This document shows positions 55,099-64,000 of a stretch of 64,000 bases of DNA, piece after piece. Numbering within the stretch: position 1 is the stretch's first letter; every line of letters starts with the position of its first letter. The stretch is taken from positions 14,212 through 78,211 of the forward strand of contig CACWFV010000008.1 of the NCBI GenBank assembly GCA_902760315.1, read 5' to 3'. Source of the DNA: an uncultured Bacteroidales bacterium. GTDB taxonomy: Bacteria; Bacteroidota; Bacteroidia; Bacteroidales; Bacteroidaceae. A program made the translations under genes and the position numbers. The notes under the pieces are model-generated. The model was not told where the DNA came from, ran no database searches, and was given only the letters and a program-made list of their open reading frames with translations.

Positions 55099-57108
55099 GT
55101 GAATCATCAACGGCACATAATAATAGCACTGATGCTGGGCATGATGACAGTCGTGCCCAGTATTTGTTTTGCACGCAACCGCACGGCAGACTCCCTGCTC
55201 GTGAAGCGTATGTGGCACTTCTACGAACATGACTATTCCGAGCATGAGGGGACAGAGAAGAACCTCTACATGAAATACCACTTCAGCTCGAAGCGCCGCA
55301 ACGTGCTGCTCAACCTGGTGCCCACCATGTATAGCATAGCCAGAGGCAACAAGGACTACGTCGGCGAGAGCTACAGCAAACTGAGATACCGGGAGAACAA
55401 CAATTTCGAGATGCAGCGCCAGGTCATCTGTGGCACCATTCCCCGTCACCGCAGCGTGATGCCCTCACTGTACAAGATTATTACGCCCAACCTCTATGGC
55501 ACCCAACTGTTCCAGGACAGGATACTCTCACCGTTTCACCAGACGAACCGCTATTTCTATAAATACCGCGTCACTCACAAGGGCAACCAGGCTACCATCC
55601 ACTTCCGCCCACGTAGCAGCAACACCCAGCTCATAGCGGGCAAGGTGGAGGTAGATGTGGCTACGGGACGCATCCTCGCACTCAGCTGCGAGGGCGAGTT
55701 TGACATGATTGACTTCAAAATCAACGCCACGATGGACCGCCGCAACCCTCATAGCAGCATGCCCGACAGATGTACGACGGAGGCTACCTTCAAGTTTCTG
55801 GGCAATGATATCAGTTCGCACATTACGTGTTTTTACAACTGCCCTACCACCCTGCCCGACTCTATCAACAACTATGACTCTCCGGAGATGATGAGCAAGC
55901 TGCGGCCCGTTCCGCTGAAAAGGGAAGAAGAGACCATCTACTCATTACGCCGCCAGGAAGAAGCCGAGGAAGAACAGAACGACAGCATTCAGAAAGGCAC
56001 CAGCCGGCTGAAGGAGGTGGCATGGGACATCATTGGCGACAACCTCATCAACAGCACTTCGGCACATCACGAGAATCTGTCACTACACGTCTCGCCACTG
56101 CTGAACCCTCTGTACATGGGTTACAGTCCGTCGTCAGGCATCTCTTACAAACTTGACGTCGGAGCACGCTACGCATGGGACGCCCAGCACTACCTGACAC
56201 TGAACCCACGCTTCGGCTACAGCTTCAAGCGGGAGCAGTTCTATTACACCATTCCACTACGCATGACATATAACGCCAGGCGCAACGGCTATGTGGAAAT
56301 GACGTGGGGTAATGGCAACAGGACGTCGCACGCCACACTCTATGAGGCCTACCAGAAGGCAATGGGCGACAACAGCGAGATGCCAGACTTTGAGGACGAG
56401 TACTTCCGAATCAGCAACAACAACAGGGTCTACAAATGGCTTGACGTGACAGCCGGTCTGGTCTGGCACCGCCGCAGCAGCAGCAATCCCGACAAGATGA
56501 GCCAGGCCGGTCTGGTAACCCACTACCACAGTTTTGCACCCACGGTGTCGCTCCATCTACGCCCCTGGGAGAAGGGACCCACGCTGACAGTCAACTACGA
56601 GCGCGGCATCAGCCATCTATTCCACTCGAACCTCAGCTACGGAAGGTGGGAATTTGACGGTGCCTACAAATATCAGAACAAGAGCATCCGCATACTCAAC
56701 ATGCGGGCAGGAGCGGGGTTCTATACCCACCGCAGCACCGACTTCTTCGTAGACTTTACCAACTTCCGCGACAACAACCTGGCTACCGGATGGGAAGACG
56801 ACTGGACAGGACAATTCCAATTGGTAGAGAGCAGGTGGTACAATGAGTCGAACTACTATGTCCGGGGCCACATATCCTACGACTCGCCACTGCTCATGCT
56901 GTCGTGGCTGCCCTACGTGGGGCGCATCGTCGAGACGGAGCGCATCTATATCAGTGCCCTGTCCATAGAACACACACGCCCCTACTACGAACTGGGCTAC
57001 GGCTTCCAGAACCGCTATTTCTCTACAGCCGTCTTTGGCAGCTTTCTGAATCATCGTTTCCAAAAATTCGGTTGTAAATTCACCATAGAACTATTCCGCA
57101 GATGGTAA
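55099..57108 (+). CDS. DUF5686-like outer membrane protein
   Basis: Signal peptide; aromatic beta-strand C-terminus (YYELGYG...KFTIELF). Confidence 0.65.
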   Translation: MNHQRHIIIALMLGMMTVVPSICFARNRTADSLLVKRMWHFYEHDYSEHEGTEKNLYMKYHFSSKRRNVLLNLVPTMYSIARGNKDYVGESYSKLRYRENNNFEMQRQVICGTIPRHRSVMPSLYKIITPNLYGTQLFQDRILSPFHQTNRYFYKYRVTHKGNQATIHFRPRSSNTQLIAGKVEVDVATGRILALSCEGEFDMIDFKINATMDRRNPHSSMPDRCTTEATFKFLGNDISSHITCFYNCPTTLPDSINNYDSPEMMSKLRPVPLKREEETIYSLRRQEEAEEEQNDSIQKGTSRLKEVAWDIIGDNLINSTSAHHENLSLHVSPLLNPLYMGYSPSSGISYKLDVGARYAWDAQHYLTLNPRFGYSFKREQFYYTIPLRMTYNARRNGYVEMTWGNGNRTSHATLYEAYQKAMGDNSEMPDFEDEYFRISNNNRVYKWLDVTAGLVWHRRSSSNPDKMSQAGLVTHYHSFAPTVSLHLRPWEKGPTLTVNYERGISHLFHSNLSYGRWEFDGAYKYQNKSIRILNMRAGAGFYTHRSTDFFVDFTNFRDNNLATGWEDDWTGQFQLVESRWYNESNYYVRGHISYDSPLLMLSWLPYVGRIVETERIYISALSIEHTRPYYELGYGFQNRYFSTAVFGSFLNHRFQKFGCKFTIELFRRW

Positions 57109-60100
57109 AAGCACTCACCGTTTACAAAGCAAGTGCCGGCTCCGGGAAAACCTTCACGCTGGCCGTAGAGTACATCAAGCTGCTGGTGCAGAACCCAGCC
57201 AGCTATCGCACCATTTTGGCCGTCACCTTTACCAACAAGGCTACGGAAGAGATGAAGATGCGCATCCTGAGCCAACTGTACGGCATCTCACAGGGACTTG
57301 CCGACTCGCAGAGCTACACAGACCGCATCCTGAAGGAAACAGGACTGCCCATAGCCGTAGTACGTGAGCGCGCCGCCACAGCCCTGCACCTGCTGCTACA
57401 CAACTACAACTACTTTCGCGTAGAGACGATAGACTCTTTCTTCCAGAGCGTATTACGCAACCTGGCACGCGAACTCGACCTGACGGCCAATCTGCGCATC
57501 AGCCTGAATGACAATCAGGTGGAAGAACTGGCCGTAGACCGTCTCATAGACTCGCTGACACATGCCGACCACATGCTGCAATGGTTGCTCAACTACATCA
57601 TGGAAACCATCAGCGACGACCACTCGTGGAACATCATCGGACAGGTGAAGAAGTTTGGCAAGACCATCTTTCGTGACTACTACAAGAGCAACCGCACGGC
57701 ACTCAGCAACGTCATGGCCCAGAAGGGATTCCTGGAGCAGTATACCAAGCAGCTGAAAGCACTCCGCAATACGGCACTGGAACGCATGAAGGAAATGGGT
57801 GACGAGTTTTTCGACACGCTGCAAAGTGAGGGACTCAGCATGGACCAACTGGCCTACAGGAAGGACGGCGTGGCGGGTTTCTTTCTGAAACTGCAGAAAG
57901 GCGTGTTTGACGAGAGCATCGAGGGCAAGCGTGTGTGTGCTTGCAGGGAAGATGCCGCCAACTGGTATTCCAAGAAGAGTGACTGCCGGGAACACATCCA
58001 CCAACTGGCCTACACAACGCTGATGCCGCTCCTTACACGTGCTATGGATGAGCGTCCACGCCAGTACAGGCTCTATCAGTCGGCCACGCTCACCCTGCGC
58101 CATCTGAGTCAGCTACGCTTGCTGGACAGCATTGAGCAGAAGGTGCGCAGCATGAATGAAGAGTCGAACCGTTTTCTCTTGAGCGACACCCAGCAGTTGC
58201 TGCACGAACTCATCAGCGACAGCGACTCACCATTTATTTTTGAGAAGATAGGTACCCAGCTGGAGCATGTGATGATTGACGAGTTCCAAGATACGTCTAC
58301 CGTCCAGTGGCAGAACTTCAAGGTGTTGCTTCAGGAGTGCATGAGCCACGAGCAGTCAGAGAACCTGATAGTGGGCGACGTCAAGCAGAGCATCTACCGC
58401 TGGCGCTCCGGTGACTGGCGCCTGCTGAACAGCATAGACGGCCAGTTTCCACATGCCGCCGTGACGGTAGACATCCGCCCGCTAAAGGTCAACTACCGCT
58501 CGGCCCGTTACATTGTCGACTTCAACAACGCCTTCTTCCTGGAGGCTGCACGGCAAGCCTACGAAGAGCAACGCGCCGAATATCCTGAGGGTGCAGAACA
58601 GCTGCGCCATGCCTACGACGACGTGGAGCAAGCGGTGCCTGAGGAGCGTCCCCGGAGCGGCTATGTCCAAATCAGGCTCCTGCCTGACGACGACTATCAG
58701 GAGCAGACCATGCAGGCACTGCTGGACACCGTCAGACAACTCAGAGCGAAGGGCACCCCGCTGAGCGACATAGCCATCCTGGTGCGCACCAATAAACACA
58801 TTCCGCTCATTGCCAACTACTTCGACGAGCGCATGCCCGATGTGCGCATCATCAGCGACGAGGCGTTCCGCCTGGATGCCTCCGTTACGCTGTGTCTGCT
58901 GATACAGGCTCTTCACCTGCTGACGCACCCCGATGACTTGCTGTCCAAGGCCACCATCGTCAAACTCTACCACCACACGGTGTTCGCTGACGGAATGGCT
59001 GAAAGCGACCTGCTCATCAAAGACCGGGACATTGACAGTCTTTTGCCGGAAGCATACATCGGACACATGCCGGAATTGCTGTGCATGCCGCTCTACGAAC
59101 TGGTAGAGCGCCTCTACAGCGTCTTCCAGCTGGAGCGCCTCAACGAGCAGAGTGCCTACCTCTGTGCTTTCTACGACAGGCTGAACCAGTTTGTGCAGGA
59201 CTATACCTCCGACATCGATGCCTTCATCCGTGAGTGGGACGAGACCATCAGCGGCAAGACGATACAAAGCGACGCCATGGACGGCATCCGCATTCTGTCT
59301 ATCCACAAGAGTAAAGGACTGGAGTTCACCCACGTCATCATTCCCTTCTGCGACTGGCGCCTGGAAATGCCTGACGTACTGTGGTGCCGGCCGTCGGAGC
59401 CACCCTTCGACGCACTGCCCCTGGCACCCATAGACTTTAGCAGCCAGCAAATGAGAGGAACGATTTATGAACACGACTATCTGGACGAACACCTGCAGAA
59501 TATCGTCGACAACCTGAACCTGCTCTATGTCGGTTTCACACGGGCCGCCCAGAGCCTGTACGTCATCGGCCAGCGGGGAGCCAGCAGCAACCGCTCGAAA
59601 CTCATCGAGGATGTGCTGCCCCAGCTCAAGCTGAAGAATAGTCTGTTAGAAGGAGCTGACGACGAGGACGGCGAACTGACGTTTACTTACGGCACGTCCG
59701 AGACCTACACATCAACAGAAGGCAATAAGCCCCGGCAGTCTGACAACGTGTTCCTACAACCCGTCACACCTGTCGAGATACAGTTGGAAACATTCAGCAA
59801 CAAAACGGAGTTCCGCCAAAGTAACAAGAGCCGCGAATTCGTGGAAGGCGACGACGAACAGCATGAGCTCAGCTACATCAAGATGGGTAGCGTGCTCCAC
59901 GAGATTTTTTCCACCATCCGTACCACAGCCGACATCAACCAGGCGCTGCGCCAATTGCAGCACGACGGTGTGCTCTACGACGACGAGGTGACAAGCAGCA
60001 AACTGTCGGCCATGCTCCATCGACGCCTGGAGGACCCGCGCGTCAAGGAGTGGTTCTCCGGCAAATGGCAACTCTTCAACGAGTGCAGCATTCTGCGTAT

Positions 60101-60320
60101 TAACGAAAAGGGCGTAGTGGAAGAACGCCGGCCCGACCGCGTGATGAGTGACGGGCAAGTAACCCACGTGGTAGACTTTAAATTCGGACGTCCCAAGCCG
60201 GAATACCACGACCAGGTACGCCAGTACATGCAACTGTTACGAGAGATGGGGCACTCCCACGTACAAGGCTGGCTTTGGTATGTGTACAGTAACAAGATTG
60301 AAGAAGTGAAAAGTGAATAA
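57102..60320 (+). CDS. UvrD-type helicase-nuclease (AddA-like)
   Basis: ASAGSGKT, TFTNKA, DEFQD, GDVKQSIY, HKSKGLE motifs; C-terminal PDR..VDFK. Confidence 0.92.
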   Translation: MVKALTVYKASAGSGKTFTLAVEYIKLLVQNPASYRTILAVTFTNKATEEMKMRILSQLYGISQGLADSQSYTDRILKETGLPIAVVRERAATALHLLLHNYNYFRVETIDSFFQSVLRNLARELDLTANLRISLNDNQVEELAVDRLIDSLTHADHMLQWLLNYIMETISDDHSWNIIGQVKKFGKTIFRDYYKSNRTALSNVMAQKGFLEQYTKQLKALRNTALERMKEMGDEFFDTLQSEGLSMDQLAYRKDGVAGFFLKLQKGVFDESIEGKRVCACREDAANWYSKKSDCREHIHQLAYTTLMPLLTRAMDERPRQYRLYQSATLTLRHLSQLRLLDSIEQKVRSMNEESNRFLLSDTQQLLHELISDSDSPFIFEKIGTQLEHVMIDEFQDTSTVQWQNFKVLLQECMSHEQSENLIVGDVKQSIYRWRSGDWRLLNSIDGQFPHAAVTVDIRPLKVNYRSARYIVDFNNAFFLEAARQAYEEQRAEYPEGAEQLRHAYDDVEQAVPEERPRSGYVQIRLLPDDDYQEQTMQALLDTVRQLRAKGTPLSDIAILVRTNKHIPLIANYFDERMPDVRIISDEAFRLDASVTLCLLIQALHLLTHPDDLLSKATIVKLYHHTVFADGMAESDLLIKDRDIDSLLPEAYIGHMPELLCMPLYELVERLYSVFQLERLNEQSAYLCAFYDRLNQFVQDYTSDIDAFIREWDETISGKTIQSDAMDGIRILSIHKSKGLEFTHVIIPFCDWRLEMPDVLWCRPSEPPFDALPLAPIDFSSQQMRGTIYEHDYLDEHLQNIVDNLNLLYVGFTRAAQSLYVIGQRGASSNRSKLIEDVLPQLKLKNSLLEGADDEDGELTFTYGTSETYTSTEGNKPRQSDNVFLQPVTPVEIQLETFSNKTEFRQSNKSREFVEGDDEQHELSYIKMGSVLHEIFSTIRTTADINQALRQLQHDGVLYDDEVTSSKLSAMLHRRLEDPRVKEWFSGKWQLFNECSILRINEKGVVEERRPDRVMSDGQVTHVVDFKFGRPKPEYHDQVRQYMQLLREMGHSHVQGWLWYVYSNKIEEVKSE

Positions 60321-60358
60321 AAACAGCTATCAGGCAGCATCTATAGAAATAACACATC

Positions 60359-63100
60359 ATGAAGAGTTTCCTCGAATACGTCGCAGAAGACATCATCCGC
60401 AAATTCGGCACCGACCTGTCACGCACGGCTGTCGTTTTCCCTAACAAGCGTGCCTCGTTGTTCCTTAACGACTCCCTGGCACGTCTCACTGGTGGCCGAC
60501 CGCTTTGGAGTCCGGCCTATATCACCATCAGTGAATTGTTCCGCCAACTGTCTGCGCTGACAGTTGCCGACCCCATCAAACTGGTCTGCGACCTGCATAA
60601 GTCATTCTGTCTGCATACGGGTTCGGACGAGACTCTGGACAAGTTTTACGGCTGGGGACAGCTGCTCATCAGCGATTTCGACGACATCGACAAGAACATG
60701 GCCGACCCTGACCGCGTCTTTGCCAATCTGCGCGACATCCACGAATACGACGACCTCAGCTTCCTGACGCCTGAGCAGCGCGAACTGCTGCGCCATTTCT
60801 TCAGCCACTTTAGCGAAGAGCACGAGACGGAACTCAAGCAACGCTTTCTACGCCTGTGGAGCCACCTGGCCGACATCTACCACGACTTCAACAACAGGCT
60901 GTCAGCACAGGGGCTGGCCTACGAGGGAGCACTCTACCGTCAGGTGGTTACCAACACGGCTATTGTGCCAAAGGGAGAACAGACAGACACTTCGCTATCT
61001 GCCGCCTGCTGGTCCTACGACCATTACCTATTCGTAGGTTTCAACCTGCTGCAGAAAGTTGAGCAGCGTCTCTTCAGTCAGTTGCAGAAAGTAGGCAAAG
61101 CCCGCTTCTACTGGGATTTCGACCATTACTACATGCCCCGGCATGGTGGTTTGCAGCACGAGGCCGGACGATATATCGCCCAGTACTTACGCCACTTCCC
61201 GAATGAGTTAGACACTCAGGACAGCACTATTTACGGTAACCTCCGACAGCCTAAAGACATCACCTACCTGGCTGCGCCCACCGAACACATCCAGGCACGC
61301 TACGTCAGCCGCTGGCTGCGCGAGCAAGGACGCTCCCAAGCCGGCAGACGGACAGCCATCGTGCTCTGCAACGAACAGCTGCTGCCCACCGTCATCCATT
61401 GTCTGCCAGACGAGGTAGAGAAAGTCAACATCACCACAGGCTATCCCCTTGCTCAGACCGCCATAGCCTCTTTCGTCCAGCGCTACTTTGACATCATGCT
61501 TGGCGGCTCTACACCCCGCCTGAAGCGTGACTTTCAGCGCCATCCCTATGCTGCCGCCGTTCAGGGAATGCCCATTGACGGTCTTTCCGGTCTGCTCTCT
61601 ATGCTACGCTGCATAGCTACCACTTCCACTTTCACTGCTTCGCCAGACCCGCTCTTCCAGGAATCTCTCTTTCGGGCCTACACCCTTGTCAACCGTTTGC
61701 ACGCCCTACAGCAAAGCGGTGACCTGCAGGTAACGGACAACACGCTGCAACGCCTCGTCAGCCAACTCATTCAGCAGACCACCATTCCCTTCCACGGAGA
61801 ACCTGCCGAGGGGCTACAGGTCATGGGCGTTCTGGAAACCCGCAATCTGGACTTCGACCACGTGCTGCTGCTCAGCTGCAACGAGGGCAACATGCCCAAG
61901 GGGGTCAACGACAGCAGCTTCATTCCCCACAGCATCCGCCTGGCCTACGAGCTCACCACTGTTGAAAACAAGGTCAGCATCTACTCTTACTACTTCCACC
62001 GACTGCTTCAGCGCGCCAAGGACGTCACCATACTATGGAACAATGCCACCGAGGACGGGCAGCGCGGCGAGATGAGTCGCTTCATGCTGCAGTTGTTGGT
62101 AGAAAGCAACAACCCCATCCGCCAACACACCCTTCAGGCCGGCAAGAGCATCAGCCACTACGCCCCATCACCTATTGAGAAGACGCCCCACGTCATGCAG
62201 GTGCTGCGCCAGCAGTTTGCTGCCACCGAGGGAGCCACGCTCTCTCCCTCGGCCATCAACCGGTTCATGCGCTGCCCCATGCAGTTCTACTATCGCTACG
62301 TGGCAGGCATCAAAGAGCCTGACCAGCCCGACGACGAACAGGAACTGGACAACCGCATCTTCGGCAACATCTTCCACGAGGCTGCCGACATGCTTTACCA
62401 CCAACTGCCCCTCCATGTCACCAAAGAGGCGCTGGAACAGTTGCTGAAAAGCAAAATCGCCATTGAAAAAGCAGTTGACGATGCCTTCCATCAGGAACTG
62501 CCTAACGCCGTCACAGGTGGGCTTCACCTCATCAATCGTGAGGTCATTATCCACTATCTTCGCCAGCTCATCGAGATTGACAAGTCGTTGGCACCCTTCG
62601 ATATACTTGGCCTGGAGTGCGACGTCGTGCGCCCGCTCAGCCTGGAACCAACTCACATAGGTCCGCTCAAACTGGGAGGACGCATAGATCGCCTGGACCA
62701 GATGAGCGACGGACGCATCCGTGTAGTCGACTACAAGACGGGCAGCCGTCGGCTGAAACCCCTGGCCGGCGTTGAAGACATTTTCAACCCCGCCAAAGTT
62801 CACGAACACGCAGACTACTACCTGCAGACCTTTGCCTACGCCGACATCGTCAGCCGCCAGCACCAGCACGCCGTATCACCAGCGCTGCTGTTCATACAGC
62901 ATGCGGGCGGTAAGGACTACGACCCCACGCTCTGCTTCGGTCGCGAACGTATTGCCGACATCAGGAGCTACAGCCAACAGTTCAACCGTCTGCTGGAGCA
63001 GACGGTTGAACAGATGTTCACCGACTCCAGCCCCTTCACGCCCACTGCCGACCTCAGCGTCTGCCGCACGTGTCCCTATCTGCAGATGTGCAGACGCTAA
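60359..63100 (+). CDS. PD-(D/E)XK nuclease (AddB-like)
   Basis: VVFPNKRA, LSPSA..F..CP, GRIDRLD, VDYKTG and CxxCPYxxxC motifs. Confidence 0.9.
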   Translation: MKSFLEYVAEDIIRKFGTDLSRTAVVFPNKRASLFLNDSLARLTGGRPLWSPAYITISELFRQLSALTVADPIKLVCDLHKSFCLHTGSDETLDKFYGWGQLLISDFDDIDKNMADPDRVFANLRDIHEYDDLSFLTPEQRELLRHFFSHFSEEHETELKQRFLRLWSHLADIYHDFNNRLSAQGLAYEGALYRQVVTNTAIVPKGEQTDTSLSAACWSYDHYLFVGFNLLQKVEQRLFSQLQKVGKARFYWDFDHYYMPRHGGLQHEAGRYIAQYLRHFPNELDTQDSTIYGNLRQPKDITYLAAPTEHIQARYVSRWLREQGRSQAGRRTAIVLCNEQLLPTVIHCLPDEVEKVNITTGYPLAQTAIASFVQRYFDIMLGGSTPRLKRDFQRHPYAAAVQGMPIDGLSGLLSMLRCIATTSTFTASPDPLFQESLFRAYTLVNRLHALQQSGDLQVTDNTLQRLVSQLIQQTTIPFHGEPAEGLQVMGVLETRNLDFDHVLLLSCNEGNMPKGVNDSSFIPHSIRLAYELTTVENKVSIYSYYFHRLLQRAKDVTILWNNATEDGQRGEMSRFMLQLLVESNNPIRQHTLQAGKSISHYAPSPIEKTPHVMQVLRQQFAATEGATLSPSAINRFMRCPMQFYYRYVAGIKEPDQPDDEQELDNRIFGNIFHEAADMLYHQLPLHVTKEALEQLLKSKIAIEKAVDDAFHQELPNAVTGGLHLINREVIIHYLRQLIEIDKSLAPFDILGLECDVVRPLSLEPTHIGPLKLGGRIDRLDQMSDGRIRVVDYKTGSRRLKPLAGVEDIFNPAKVHEHADYYLQTFAYADIVSRQHQHAVSPALLFIQHAGGKDYDPTLCFGRERIADIRSYSQQFNRLLEQTVEQMFTDSSPFTPTADLSVCRTCPYLQMCRR

Positions 63101-63106
63101 GGGCTG

Positions 63107-64000
63107 TCAGCGGTTCTTGTGGCAGAGGAACCAGGAGTGGGTGTAAAAATGGTAGAGCAGCAACGCTGACACGGTGAGCGCCAGTGCTGTATAGAGGAGG
63201 GCTTGGGGCTGCTGATAGAACACGGCATAGCCGAGAGCCAGTCCACCGGCAACGCCCGTCTCCCAACCCAGGAAATAGGTGCTCTGCGACGTGCCGCGCT
63301 GACAATGTCGGCTCAGCTTGATAAAGAAGAGCAGGAAGCGGGAACCAATGATGCCGACGCTCAGTCCTGCCAACACTGGAGCTACCGGTGACACAGGATT
63401 GACCAGCAATACCAGCAGTGCCGCCAACAACAGGAAGAGGCCCGTGATGATCTCACTTTTCAGTTCGGCATCGCGAAAGACGAAGCGCTGGGCCAGCAGT
63501 GCCAACAGGAAACCGACCATCATCAGTGCGTAGAACACGGCCGACAAAGGCATGGACAACAGCAGTCCCACGACGACGGAGACGAGTAGCAGATTGAGGA
63601 ACAACACCCATCCGCTGGTCAACAAAAAACGGTCGAGCGACACGATGCGGACTCCTTCGTCGGGCGAGCGGAACGGGAATCTGACCACCTTCACTAACAG
63701 TAGCGCAGCAATGGCACAGCAGCAGGCTGCAAGCAAGACGCTTTGGAAGCCGGCCAACTGGCATACCACCATGCCGGCCAACGGCCCCAAAGAGAGTGCA
63801 AAGCGCGAAAACCAGGAGGTGCTATGGTTGGCCTCGGTGCGCTGGTAGGACTCGCAGGTGTCGATGATGAGTGTCGACGAGAGTACCATCTGGGCCAGTC
63901 CGAAGGTGGCTCCAAGCAGGAAGCGATGCAACAGAATGGTGCCAAAGCCCAGATACGGGGAATGTATGCGGCAGGCATACCAGAGTGCGGCAACGTTGAA
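63107..64000 (-). CDS. MFS transporter (5' end outside window)
   Basis: Multi-TM; frame stays open to the window edge; QRTEAN and QRGTSQSTY motifs. Confidence 0.8.
   Translation of the reverse strand, partial: FNVAALWYACRIHSPYLGFGTILLHRFLLGATFGLAQMVLSSTLIIDTCESYQRTEANHSTSWFSRFALSLGPLAGMVVCQLAGFQSVLLAACCCAIAALLLVKVVRFPFRSPDEGVRIVSLDRFLLTSGWVLFLNLLLVSVVVGLLLSMPLSAVFYALMMVGFLLALLAQRFVFRDAELKSEIITGLFLLLAALLVLLVNPVSPVAPVLAGLSVGIIGSRFLLFFIKLSRHCQRGTSQSTYFLGWETGVAGGLALGYAVFYQQPQALLYTALALTVSALLLYHFYTHSWFLCHKNR

Noticed and set aside
57102-63100. Helicase-nuclease defence system
   Set aside because: Matches the housekeeping AddAB-like repair pair, with core-genome composition.
1-64000. tRNA or rRNA genes
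   Set aside because: None recognised by eye in the intergenic regions; tRNAscan-SE or Infernal is needed to exclude them.

Overview
Bacteroidales chromosome, Prevotella-like by gene content and TAnnTTTG promoters. Bases 1 to ~19.7 kb are a mosaic surface-polysaccharide locus on the minus strand. In transcription order it holds: a long NusG/UpxY-like antiterminator; a DUF6078 + VirE/VapE-like cassette bounded by ~94-bp inverted repeats; a phosphotransferase; a truncated rfbA remnant; two four-helix-bundle (23S rRNA-IVP/Avd-like) genes around a second rfbC; a DUF3791/DUF3990 pair; a decayed foreign insert; wzy, rfbC-A-B-D, a T9SS-tailed GH78 rhamnosidase, wzx and a glycosyltransferase. The rest is mostly core genome (dacB, LytS/LytTR, dapA, glgB, kdsB, nudC, GH25, GH9, Fic, lon, tgt, LptF/G, DEAD helicase, rpoD, AddAB-like, MFS). 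Best candidates for an undescribed system: (1) four-helix-bundle genes, each bracketed by inverted arrays of its own 7-mer, with five-unit arrays of the same 7-mers inside other coding genes; (2) the transposase-less, inverted-repeat-bounded VirE cassette; (3) two ~80-90 bp mini-elements that duplicate a -7 promoter box. All calls come from manual reading; no database search was run.
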